Assembly (NCBI GenBank): GCA_043228905.1 | Contig: JBHGNT010000015.1 | Location: forward strand, 3,224,001-3,288,000 | DNA length: 64,000 nt | Reading direction: 5' to 3' | From: Azolla caroliniana | Taxonomy: Eukaryota > Plantae > Polypodiophyta | Part shown: positions 12,401 to 23,000 of the stretch, piece after piece | Layout: each line of letters begins with the position of its first letter | Position numbering within the stretch: position 1 is the stretch's first letter | Notes under the pieces: generated by a model | Databases searched by the model: none | The model's input: only the letters and a program-made list of their open reading frames with translations | Told to the model about the DNA's origin: nothing | Translations under genes and position numbers: made by a program

Positions 12401-13505
12401 ACGACAATGGTACAAGAAGTTCGACGACTTCATCCAATCGATCGGCTTCTCCAAAAGCGATGAGGACCATTGTCTCTTCACCAACACAGCTCAAGATGGA
12501 TCACCCATCTTCCTCATCATTTACGTGGACGACATGCTAATTTCTGGACGCCATGCGGGCGAACTTGCCGATCTCATTCGGCAACTGTGGTTGAAGTTTG
12601 CCATGAAGGACCTCGGTCCGGCACGACACATACTCGGCATGAAGATTAGTCGGCATCGCGATAAACGACATCTTTTTCTGTCTCAGACCGACTATATCCG
12701 ACGTGTCTTGGAACGCTTCAACATGCAATCAGCCAAATCTGCTTCAACCCCGCTCCCAATGAATCTTCGGCTCTCTCAGCGAGACTGCCCGACATCCGGC
12801 CCGGAGGGGGAAGATATGAAGTCGGTACCGTATGCACCGGCAGTCGGCTCCCTTATGTACCTGATGGTCGCGACACGGCCTGATATTTCTCATGCCGTAG
12901 GAGTCGTTAGCAGATTTATGCACAATCCTGGCCGATCGCATTGGAACGCAGTCAAGCATGTGTTCAGATATCTGGCTGGCACAAAAGACCATGGCATTCT
13001 TTTCGGTCCGAACCGAACCTCAGGCGTAGTCGGTTACACCGACTCGGACTTCGCCGGCTGTACAGACAGTCGGAAATCAACAACCGGATACTGCTTCAAA
13101 TTCGGCAATGGAGCAATCTCGTGGAAGTCGAAACTTCAGGAGTGCACAGCGACCTCAACGACCGAAGCAGAATATGTAGCTGCGTCCGACGCAGCAAAAG
13201 AAGCTTTGTGGCTCGGTCGGCTGGCGCACACGTTTCGACAAGTCGACCATGACTCGGCTCCAGTTGTCTACAGCGACAGTCAAGGTGTTGTTGCCTTGTC
13301 GAAAAATCCGGTTCACCACAACGCCTCCAAACATATCGACGTTCGATATCACTTCGTTCGGGACTGCGTCATTTCAGGGAAAATCGGTCTAGAGAAAATA
13401 TCCACAACCGACAATGTCGCAGATGGAATGACCAAGTGTCTTTCGGCAGACCGCTTTCGGTTTCTTCGGCATCAGATGGGCGTAACGACCAACCAGTCCG
13501 GTTAG
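9492..13505 (+). CDS. Copia Gag-Pol polyprotein (Gag, zinc knuckle, protease, integrase, RT, RNase H), 1337 aa from the first ATG
   Basis: CNYCKKPGHIKADC knuckle; WLLDSGAS protease; LWHRRLGH...CEHC; integrase D-D-E (VHSDV, RTDNGGE, AERMNRT); KSLYGLKQAPRQW and YVDDML in RT; YTDSDFAG, TEAEY and ADGMTK in RNase H; PR-IN-RT-RH domain order. First ATG is at 9492 (the ORF track starts at TTG 9489). Confidence 0.97.
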   Translation: MASTSGSSEMSLRKFDGSNFNFWKEQMQDYLIVKGQIDPIENEEPPEGYKPIEWQKLDRIVRATIRMHLSESVYFTVQSCTTAFELWKTLSDTYEKKVAATKMFLIRRLYNLRMKESDSVQAHLNEYESISSQISSQGTTIEDELRAMILMSSLPSSWETFVTTVCNASTTAVKYSEVTSAILTEAARRKSFAKDSTDDAYVVQGSTDRSNIRGRDSSRPPNNQRRRSQSRDNRICNYCKKPGHIKADCRALKNKNNKKSGRHEEINYVSFSADVLPDDPNILSIENPVGSEVLLTTEESSTWLLDSGASFHVTPHRSQFRQYTIRHSDSVRVGNSQHCDIIGIGTVELNLAGGSTLVLHNVRHVPELSRPLISVGQLDEDDIRAGFSSGGWTLHRGNLLLARGPKIHSLYPLHVTLREGNLFLVDIPVSSLWHRRLGHLSKAGITHLSRAGYIPKLSFSDHQFCEHCQYGKQAAASHPTSAPRETRPLDLVHSDVCGPMPHQSLGGASYFVTFIDDSTRKVWAYPIRTKDRVFSIFSDWLAMVENQTDRKLKCFRTDNGGEFKSEEFVKFCRQRGIRREFTAPHSPEQNGIAERMNRTIQERIVSMLQHSGLSDGFWAEALLTAVHIINMSPSRPLGLQIPQELWIGSKPNYDKLRIFGCEAYALIPKDDRRKLAPRSRKCIFLGYGSDGEMGYRLWDPERRQIVRSSDVVFNESAMNPSVEKPIEVRRVTFSDVPTLQEGPALNTRSASRVAEPYTTDSDNSDSAQQNNPLSDHPTTIPDATSPIIPRRSERLSQPPERYSPGIFFTDAGEPTSYEEASTFVDSATWHLAMESEMHSIRANKTWDLVELPKNRRALPCKWVYRLKETSDSTTPKYKARLVAKGFRQEYGVDFDEIFSPVVKMTTLRFLLGVVAADNLELIQLDVKTTFLHGDLEEEIYMEQPKGFVATGQEHLVCRLRKSLYGLKQAPRQWYKKFDDFIQSIGFSKSDEDHCLFTNTAQDGSPIFLIIYVDDMLISGRHAGELADLIRQLWLKFAMKDLGPARHILGMKISRHRDKRHLFLSQTDYIRRVLERFNMQSAKSASTPLPMNLRLSQRDCPTSGPEGEDMKSVPYAPAVGSLMYLMVATRPDISHAVGVVSRFMHNPGRSHWNAVKHVFRYLAGTKDHGILFGPNRTSGVVGYTDSDFAGCTDSRKSTTGYCFKFGNGAISWKSKLQECTATSTTEAEYVAASDAAKEALWLGRLAHTFRQVDHDSAPVVYSDSQGVVALSKNPVHHNASKHIDVRYHFVRDCVISGKIGLEKISTTDNVADGMTKCLSADRFRFLRHQMGVTTNQSG

Positions 13506-13698
13506 AGCCGGACACAGAGCAGGATGGTTCCCGACAACCGACATCAGTTCCTTAATGATCGGCTTCAACTGTTCCGACCCGACCAGTTCGGTCTTCTGCC
13601 TTCGGACCTTGCCGACTCGAACAAAGCTGATATGTCCGAGAACCTAAGTCTATACCTGTAATCTTAGATAACCCATGTATACGCCCATTACGGGGGAG

Positions 13699-13869
13699 TG
13701 TCGAATACAAGTGTATAATGGACGTATTCACACTATCCCTTTGGGCCATTTGTGTAATTAGCATAAAGGGTAGTTGCCCTAAGTCGGTCACTATATATAG
13801 TGACCTTGTAACCTTTTTGTAAGGTTGGGTGTTGTATTATTGTTTCTATTGAAAAGAAAGTCTTTTGTG

Positions 13870-13918
<49 letters not shown>

Positions 13919-14004
13919 AACGACCTAGAAACTGTCATACGCAGGTATTCAAACACCAATCGAATGCTTCTTGATCTTCCGCATAGACGACCTCGTCCTC
14001 AACA
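13699..14004 (+). repeat. 3' LTR (306 bp) of the Copia element
   Basis: Same as the 5' LTR except one A/G substitution (8580 vs 13752) and (CT)21(GT)3 instead of (CT)12(GT)4. Confidence 0.97.
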
Positions 14005-15089
14005 CCTTGATCCGATTTCCATAAGGACAATCAAAGGTGTTGCTTCCGAAGAAGGGGACAACAATGTGCTCCACCTTGCCTATATATAGTAACATTACTT
14101 TAAAATGATCTTCATTTTCACAAGAGTTTTTGATTGATAATTAGATGCATTACGTGTAATATAAAAAGCTTGATTTGACAGATTCATAACTTGTAAAAAG
14201 ATGAATGTAAACACTCTCTTACCAAATATAGATGTAAGGTTTAAGGTTTCATAAAACATTCTCTCTACAAATGATGTCATTGAGATAGGAAAGAAAGTGA
14301 ATCAAAACCATTGTATTATGTCAATATAACAACCACACACATTGTGTGTGAACACAGTCCTCGGGGCATATATGCATTTATGTTAAAGTCGAACATTAAC
14401 CATGTGAGGGAGGCCTTTGTATCGGATTAAATGTATACCAAATATAATCGACCCAACCTCTCATCATTGTTAGATTGTTCTTAATCTCTCTTGCCCCCCC
14501 TCCCTCCTTGTATATTGCATATGTTGGCACCTAACTACAAACCATATTCTTTGTTAAATAAGGAAATCACATGCATCAATGCATGATAGAGCCCATCCTA
14601 TTGATTGTCATTCTGCTCATTGCCTACATTATGGCTTGATTCATACACTTCAATGTGAAACAAGATGTTGATGATACGTGTAAGACTAGTCGACAATGCA
14701 CTTTTTGCCCTAAACAAGTTCGAGAGTTTGAGTATCATACTTTCATATAGTGTTATGCCTTTGATAACATTTGACCATGCCTCTCACGCATATTTGATCA
14801 AACCTAATCCTTGCATGAATTTATCCCATAGTTACAATGTGCACTCTCATTGTGAATTTCATTACTAAAGTTCTTGAACATCAAGAACCACTACTCACTT
14901 TCACATGTATTACATGAACATGTTATATATTTTTGTCTTGCGGGCTATAATATCTTACCTTGAAGTACGTTACTAAACTCTCTCTTTCTCTCTCTACTAC
15001 ACTACAAACATCAAACCCAGATATTAGGTTCAATATAAGGCAAGAAGGCATATTGACTTTAAATTGTAATCAAACTTTATCTTATTACT

Positions 15090-15340
15090 AACATGAGTAT
15101 TAACTCTTGTAGAGCCGTCATACTCCTTCGCACTCAATTACACCAACTATGTATCGAGGTTGCATTATGGCATCAAAATATGTCAATTATAAAGGTATGT
15201 AAAGTATGCGAGGAAGGTCTAATAGAGGATGAATATCAAGTTTTCTTTTTACATGTCGAACTTGTAATGCAATTTAGTGGGGATGATGACTTGAATGTCG
15301 TGCCAAAGATAATGCTTAAAAGGTTGAACTAATATGTGCA
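15090..15340 (+). mobile_element. LINE family B C-terminal fragment (CCHC finger region), degraded
   Basis: Translation LRTQLHQLCIEVALW...KVCKVCEEGLIEDEYQ resembles the LR.SSH.L.IE.GRW...C..C....EDE.H motif of non-LTR ORF2 ends; a related piece lies on - at 21930-22130. Confidence 0.55.
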
Positions 15341-16129
15341 TGCCTTATTCACACATTGAAACTTTATGTTAGGTGCATAACCATAATTGATCATGAGATA
15401 AGGTTCTCCATAGCTTTCCCAATGCTTATGATGAGTACACATAAAGTAGTCAAGCAATAACACATTAGGGGTTAGGGTTTTAGCCTGCAAGGAGGTCGTT
15501 GGGGGAGGCTTGACTTATGTTGAGGCTATGTTAATGTGGTTATGGCTTTATTATCTAAGCATGTGCGATCCTTGTGGAACCCAAGGCACGACTTGTATCA
15601 ACACCAATGATATGGGACATTGAGGAAGGTTGGGTTCGTTGCATGTCATTGATAGGGGTGGGTTGGGGGAACTTGCACCCCTCTTTCCTTTCATTGGTTT
15701 GTAATTCATTATGTTTAGCTCAAATAATTAGTTAGCCAATAAAATCGTGTGCTTTGAAGTATGAATATCCTTTCTTGGGAAGGAGACACACATAAAGAAA
15801 ACTTGCTTACTCGAGTCCCATGGTTTAATATTGGTTTATATATGAACGTTTAATCTAATCTAATATAATTTGTCCCACTTCCCTCTCACAAACACATGCA
15901 CACAACATAACACATATATGTCTTTCTTAATCTATTACACAAAGGTTGGCCTCTCTGTGACACGAGTGTTTATAAAAAGGAGTATATGATAATCAATCTT
16001 GCCATGAACAATGACCTCGAGGTTTGAAAATAAGTGAAGCAAGGCTATTATATTGGGCATCTGATTAGAGCGACAACATGAATGAAGCAATGCTTGATTG
16101 AGGAAGGGGCACTAGTCAATGGGAGCGGC

Positions 16130-16585
16130 AACAATGACGACGGCGACCACCACAACATCAACATCAACATGGACATAAACACGAACCCAAACCCGAAAAT
16201 GAACCTCAACATCAACATATGAAGATGAATATATCAACACGAACATCAACATATCGACACGAGCACGAGCACGAGCACGAACATGAACTTCATGACCATG
16301 AACACGAGCGCGAACATGAACTTCATGACCACGAGCACAAGCACGAACATGATCATGCGCATGAACATGAACATGAGCACAAACACAAACACAAACATAT
16401 CAACATATCAACATCAACATCAACATCAACATCAACATCAACATCAACATATCAACACACGAACACAAACACGAACACGAACACAAACACAAACACGAAC
16501 ACAAACATATCAACATATAAGCACATGAACATATAAGCACATCGACACATCAACAACGAGAACAATAACAAGAGCAAGAGCAATG
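16130..16585. repeat. Compound hexamer low-complexity array ((CACGAG)n, (CATGAA)n, (ACATCA)n, (ACACAA/ACACGA)n)
   Basis: Directly visible in the sequence; produces spurious HEHE/STST/TNTN ORFs. Confidence 0.9.
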
Positions 16586-16734
16586 GCAAACGCTGAAACC
16601 CGTAAAAAAATATGCTATGGTTGAATAAGAGGAAGGAGATATTTGGTGGGCGAGCCCCCCCCCCCCCCCTCCCCCCGCCCCCCAAAAGATCGACAAAGCA
16701 AAGCAACATCTATGTATATACATAATAATGATGG

Positions 16735-16737
16735 ACT

Positions 16738-16769
<32 letters not shown>

Positions 16770-16817
16770 AAAAGTAGCAAGTAAGTATTCACATAATACA
16801 TATGTACATACAGAATG

Positions 16818-16852
<35 letters not shown>
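16735..16852. repeat. (GT)n microsatellites upstream of the kinesin start codon
   Basis: Two (GT)n runs at ~16738-16760 and ~16820-16851. Confidence 0.9.
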
Positions 16853-16854
<2 letters not shown>

Positions 16855-17015
16855 TTGGGAACTTGGGTGATGCAAGGAGTCGCGAGTTGTTTGGTTCAAT
16901 TACACAAGAACCTGCATCAGATTTCTACACCCAAAAAACCCTTTTCTTCTTCTCCATCTTCTTCTTCATCATCATCATCAACACGCTCTCATGGTCCCCC
17001 TCAATCGTGTCTCTG

Positions 17016-20000
17016 ATGATGGAAGCCCCCCCTTCTCCTCCAACCACATCTTCTCCTGTGATGATCCACCCGCCTCCATCCAATGACACCAGTATCTCCA
17101 ATTGCACCTCAGCAGCAGCAACAACAATCACAATCACAACAACAACAACATCATCATCATCATCATCATCATCATCATTGCTTGCTCAAGATGCAATCAG
17201 TAATGCTAATTGTAAAGAGGCAGTGGCCCCGGCTCCTCAGAGTATTGTGGTGGCGCTACGAATCCGTCCCCTCACTGCATCCGAACACAAGCAAGGCTGC
17301 AAAGATTGCATCGGCGTTATCCCAGGTGAACCCCAGGTATATATAATATGTATATCGAACCCCAATCATATGTAATAATTAGTGTCATCCCTCAAATTTT
17401 GAGTAAAGTCATGCATTAATTATGGCGGAGGCCCGAGGAATCTGAAACTCTTTTCTATTCTTATTATTATGTAAATAAACGAATTTTTGCCACTGGGAAT
17501 GATCGAAAATTTAAGTTTCCCGCTAAGAAATCACCTTAATATTGCAGGGGGTATCTGACTGGACACAAGGAGTTTTAGACATTCTTCAAACTCATGGTTG
17601 ATCCCACTTTACGTAGGCTAGAACCTAATGTTAATATGAGCTTCTATGAGGCGAGATAGAGCATATAAGCTTGCAATGCGCAGTGGGTGTCAGGGGTTCC
17701 GAGCAAATGGGCAAGACAGGACTTTGAGAACTTGAGCCTTGCAAGTCGATGAATTGGCAAAACAAACTAGCAACTCCAAATCAGTTAGAAAACAATCTAA
17801 AAGACAATAAAAATAATATGGGTTTTATTGAATTGATGCGATGGGTACACCAATACCAAAAAGGATGTCAAATTGTTAGACATAATAATCTACGGATAGA
17901 ATCCATCGAGAGACCAATAACACAATTGCTACTTAATCTCACATTGTCACATATGAAATTCAAGAACTTATGCCTTGCTAGAGCAAAAAGATAAATTGGC
18001 AAACAAGATAGAAATCCATGACTGAATACAAAAATACCTAAAACAAGGAGTAGTAGATGGGTTTTGTTGAATAGAATCAATTGATAGACCAATGACACAA
18101 GAGACACTCTTTGTCACATCGGTGCACATGAAGATTCGGGAAATTAAGTGTTGTCTGCAACAAATGGATGAGTTGGCAAACAATAGTGATCCAAGCTCAC
18201 ATTCAAAAATACCTAAAATACAAGGAAAAATAGATTGCTTTTTCCAAACAGAATACTTTGGGGAGACCAATATCATTGGAGGCATTAAATCTCACATTGA
18301 CAAGTAAAAATGTGAACTTAAGCCTTGTTTACAGCAAAAAGATGAAGTGGTAAACAATATACAGATCTATGTATCACATACAAAAACCTTAAAAGGCGAG
18401 AAATAGTAGATGGGGTTTGTCAAAAAGACAAAGATCTTTCTGCTCTAGCCAAGGCGAAGCTCATGGATTTTCATTTCTGCTAATCTGAAAATTGAGTGCC
18501 TCATGTATTATTGGTCTCCCCTCAAATTTTATTTGGCAAAACCCATCTACTATTCCTTATCTTTTAGGAATTTGTGTGCATGATCATGAATCACTACTTA
18601 CTTGCTTCAGGTTCTGATCAATTGTTTAGTATGCGTGTGTATTTTCAATATGAAAAATGTCTTTGAATTGACAGGTATCTTGCTTTATTCATTTGCAGGT
18701 TCAACTAGGCTCAAACTTCTTTACATTTGACCATGTGTACAGTAGCATCAGCTCGTCATCGTCAACAATTTATAATGAGTGTGTGGTTCCACTTGTTGAT
18801 GCACTATTTCAGGGGTACAATGCTACTGTGCTTGCATATGGACAGGTTGTGTCAAAAATGCTCCTGATCAAGTTGATATTTTTTCTGTTTTTGAAATTAA
18901 ATGTTCTAGCAAGGTGCCGAAATAGAAAACTCGTTAATGTCATAGAGTTAGACACTCTTTGGAACTAGTGGAACTTATGTATGACCTCTTTTACAGATCC
19001 CTCAAGTTTAGAAAGATTATTCTATATACCATTTCCCTGTTATGTCACTACAAGTGATGGCCTCTTGGTGCAACAAATATCTAATCATCCATCATGCTAT
19101 GCATGGGCTAGATATAGGGCTGATATGGTCACATATACAAAATTGCTATATCTCCCATGATGTTTTGATTCGTTTTGAATTTAGCAGTCCTAATTTTACA
19201 ATTTTCATTTTATGTATTTCTTTTCTAAGGTTGCCCTTGGCATATGTAGACAGGATCTGGGAAAACCTATACCATGGGAACTGGATTTGCAATTGGAGGT
19301 TGCACAGATGGGATCACACCTCGTGTAATGGAAACTCTCTTTGAGAAGATTCAGAACATGAAACAAGGGGTGGATTTGCAGCTGAGAGTATCATTTATTG
19401 AGGTATCATATCAACTACATGACTAGAATTTAAGATTTTGATTTATTTAAAACAACTAATTTTCTGTATAGAAGAAACTGATTTCAATTTCATTAAAAAA
19501 ATTCATGAAACTATTCCAAACAAGTAACTATATATATTTTAGGAAGCATACTTAGGAATATCACATGATATCTCTTGTTGTTCTGTTAGAAGAGACAAAA
19601 AATATAGCTCTAAACAACAATATAGAGAATGAAATGCATGTCCACTATAAAAAGCAACTTAAAAGAAAGACATTTATAACGTTTTTTAAGAGGTCAGAAT
19701 GACCTATAAGACCAAACAAGAGATTACGAAACGTTGTCTCGTATTTGTGAACAACAAACCAAAATAAATGTAACTAAGTTAAAATCAAATAGAAATAGAA
19801 CTAAGACTTGACTAGAGAATCCTGTCATCTATACATGTAAGATTCTAAAGGTAGATATATTGTAATCGAAAGATCTTGAGCATAGATTGATCCAGAATGG
19901 AGAGGTCTCCGAAGTGAGGGAAGCACCTGTGATGTCAGGAGATAATGACCTTTATCTGTTGATAAGGGTTGTGAATCGTGATCCACGAGGCTGCGGCCTA

Positions 20001-23000
20001 CGTGCAAGAAAAATTGCTGTTGCCCGACCTATTGTAACCCCTTTGCAATGTTCTGGCTCGGAGCCCGTTTGTGTTGCCCTTGATTGTCTTGTAGCATGAG
20101 TAGGATTAATGGGGCTTAAGAAAGTTGTGATTGCTCTTTATTGATGAGCTTGTGTGGCTGTATTGCTGTCCTTTAACAACGTCTCCATGTGTCTCTTGAA
20201 CTTTTAGCAAGAAATGCCTTTAGCAATGTTGGCCCTCATATTCCATTACCTTGCATAGTGGGCCAAATCCTTGCTCAAAGAGGCAATGGTATCTCTCTCT
20301 TATTTCATAAAAAACAGTACAATAACAAACAATGTTCTCCATATTCCACTCCTTGATGACACAATTGGCAAATTCGTCCTTCTTGAGGCATTCATGCATA
20401 TCTACCTACCTCTAATTGAGGAAGTTCTGGCAATTGCTCTGTCAGGCTGCACAGTGCATAGAATAGATGTATGTCCATATAAGCGGGCCTGATGATGAAT
20501 CCATCCTCTGATGTGTGTAAAAAGTGTTTATAGTGGGCCATCTTCCTACCAAGAGATTTTGTTGGTCTGATCCTATTATTTTGTTTTCCAAGTTGATAAT
20601 ATCGGTTCGGATCAGTCTATTCTTTTCCACTTTGATCATGCTTACATGGGGGCAATCCAAGCTATATTGGAGTGGGGAGAGTATGTTTATGTTAATGCCT
20701 CGTGATTCCAACCATTGTTGGGTTTCAGCACACTAGCAATGTATATCTCCATGTTCGGCCTAAGTGCCAACCTGAGTACAGTTGTTTAGGGAGATCCCAA
20801 AGCCATTGGATATTGATAACTGAATGGAATAATGCTTCCATGATTATTGGAGCTGCTCCCATCGCTGCCTGGATTATACTATGGGACACTGATGCTTTGC
20901 TTCTTATCATGTGGGTAATATTCAAGACTAAACTTCTCTTAAAATGAGGAATGCTTTAATATATCGAAATCGTTTGAGTTATTTACTTTGTTAAGACTTA
21001 GTCCCTAGGTTTTTAGTCCATAGAGAAGAGTGGGGTAACATGTGTATTAATAGCCACAATTTCGTTCATGGCTCTTGGAACTGCAAATATGCACAATGTC
21101 TTTCAAGGACACCAATGGCTGCATGTCCACAAGAAAGTAGAGCACAAGCTGACGTCTGTATGAGAACTGATGGCCTGTGACTGTTACTCCCAGGTACACG
21201 TAGGATCATGTCTATGCCACCTTTTCCTCTCCCAAGAATAATTCTGGTTCTGATCTTGTTACCCATGCTTGAGTGGTGTTAAACACCATCACCTTGAGTG
21301 ATTTTATCAACATACAATAATGTTTGTATGACGATACACGTTAAATATTACTTTGCGCCGAGTGGTTCTATCTATGTTTATTGACAAACCTTTTCTATGT
21401 AGAAAATACCTTTAAGGCATTCAGATGTCTCTGTAGTCCCTCTGGAGTGTCGGAGTTCAGCACAATATCATCAGAATATAGTAATATTTGTATGCTGATA
21501 CCTGCTAGGCATGCTCCTGAAGCGCTGAATCTCTCTATGTAGTGTGATACCTCATCTATATAGAGTCCATAGAGAGGGCATCCTTGTTTTAGTCCAATTG
21601 TACTAGCCACAGCCTCTGAAAGCCTATTGGGAGATCACATCTTTCATGATAAGGCTTCATACAGTGCATAGATTCCTCATTGCATATGTATAGGGCTACC
21701 GTGGGCTTCTTGTCATTGCATTAGCCGAGTGTGGCACAATATTGAAGGCTTTTCAGAAATCCAGAAAACAGCAATAGATCCTCTTACGATGGGTCTCCTA
21801 ATGTACAGATCAAGACGAAAATCATAAGCAGTTCATAATCGAGGGTTCGGGACGGGGTGGCGAACATGCCTTCGATAAGGGTTTGGCAGTTCATAATCGA
21901 GAGTTCGGGATGGGGTGGAAATTTGAGTATGACACTCACATTACCATGCCTGTCTAACAAGTCATCATATTTCTCGTGAATTACCTTATAAGTTGAGTAC
22001 TACATTTTCATTGCATACATTGCATATCTTCATGTTTGTGTGATGATTCCAGGATGCTATCTCAACACTTAGCTTGTGTGAGAGAGTTCAAAGAAGTGTT
22101 AAGGCTCTCCGAGAGCCAAGGGTCATGGGTGTACTTATGTGATTGGATACTTTTTGGCATTTTTTCTTTGTATTGGGGTCAATAGGGTTAATACATGCCA
22201 AGCCTTCATGACAAATACATGCCACTCCTGCTCAACCAATATTACTTATAGTGTGGGGCCATATAGATTTTATGATATAGCCATCAATAGCTTCATGTTT
22301 GCAAGTTTCAGTGAGAAATATTATATCTGCATTGTTAGCTATATCACGTAATTCCAAGCCTTTATTCCATGGATATCCTCGACAATTCCAAAATGTGATT
22401 TTCAAAATTGAGGCAGTCTCATTGGTCACACTTGCTATGGATTTTGAGCTCCATTTTTAGTTGCATAGGCTTCTTTGATCTCATCGTCCAAGACCTATCT
22501 AATTCAAAAGTGAACACTCCTTTCGTGACAAGTCAAGGGCCATACAAATAGTTCTTAGTAGAACATTCAAAATTGGCGACCCTAGATTGGGCAATTGCAA
22601 CATGTATGCGTAGGGCCACCTCTAGTATCCCTTGAACCCAAGGTGCTTCCCTAGCTCCAAAGGCCTCTTTGTCTTGGATTGACCATGTTGGAAGTCTTTG
22701 AAAGGCAGAGCTTTCAGTACATTTAAGCTCACAATATTAGGTGCTTAGCTAATAGGGATATCTGTTATCTTAGGCAGTTTTACTAATCTCGTTATACTTA
22801 TTTTAGTTTGTTGTTCTTGAAGATAAGACAACATCGTAAGATGCAATCTCTTGTTCAGTCTCAGTCCATTTTAGTCTCTTAAAAAACTGCAATATATATT
22901 GTCTTTCTTTTTCATTTTAAAATTTGAAGTCCTGAATAAGCTTTCTTATAATTTATAAAGGTATATATACGGGAGTAATGTTTGCATCTGTCTCATTTCT

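Larger units (their letters stand above)
8527..14004 (+). mobile_element. Full-length Ty1/Copia LTR retrotransposon (Tnt1/Tork-like), intact and recent
   Basis: TG..CA LTRs at 8527-8816 and 13699-14004; 5-bp TSD CCTTG at 8522-8526 and 14005-14009; PBS TGGTATCAGAGC (tRNA-iMet) at 8819; PPT TACGGGGGAG before the 3' LTR; uninterrupted gag-pol ORF. Confidence 0.98.

Noticed and set aside
9578-13791. Many short alternative-frame and antisense ORFs inside the Copia element
   Set aside because: Expected shadows of a GC-rich long ORF; none resembles env or a known accessory gene.
15464-15483. Telomere-like TTAGGGGTTAGGG
   Set aside because: Only two imperfect units; not an interstitial telomeric array.
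16219-16536. His/Glu-rich ORF (HEHEHE...) suggesting a metal-binding peptide
   Set aside because: It is a by-product of hexamer repeats that are open in several frames on both strands; there is no non-repetitive coding sequence.
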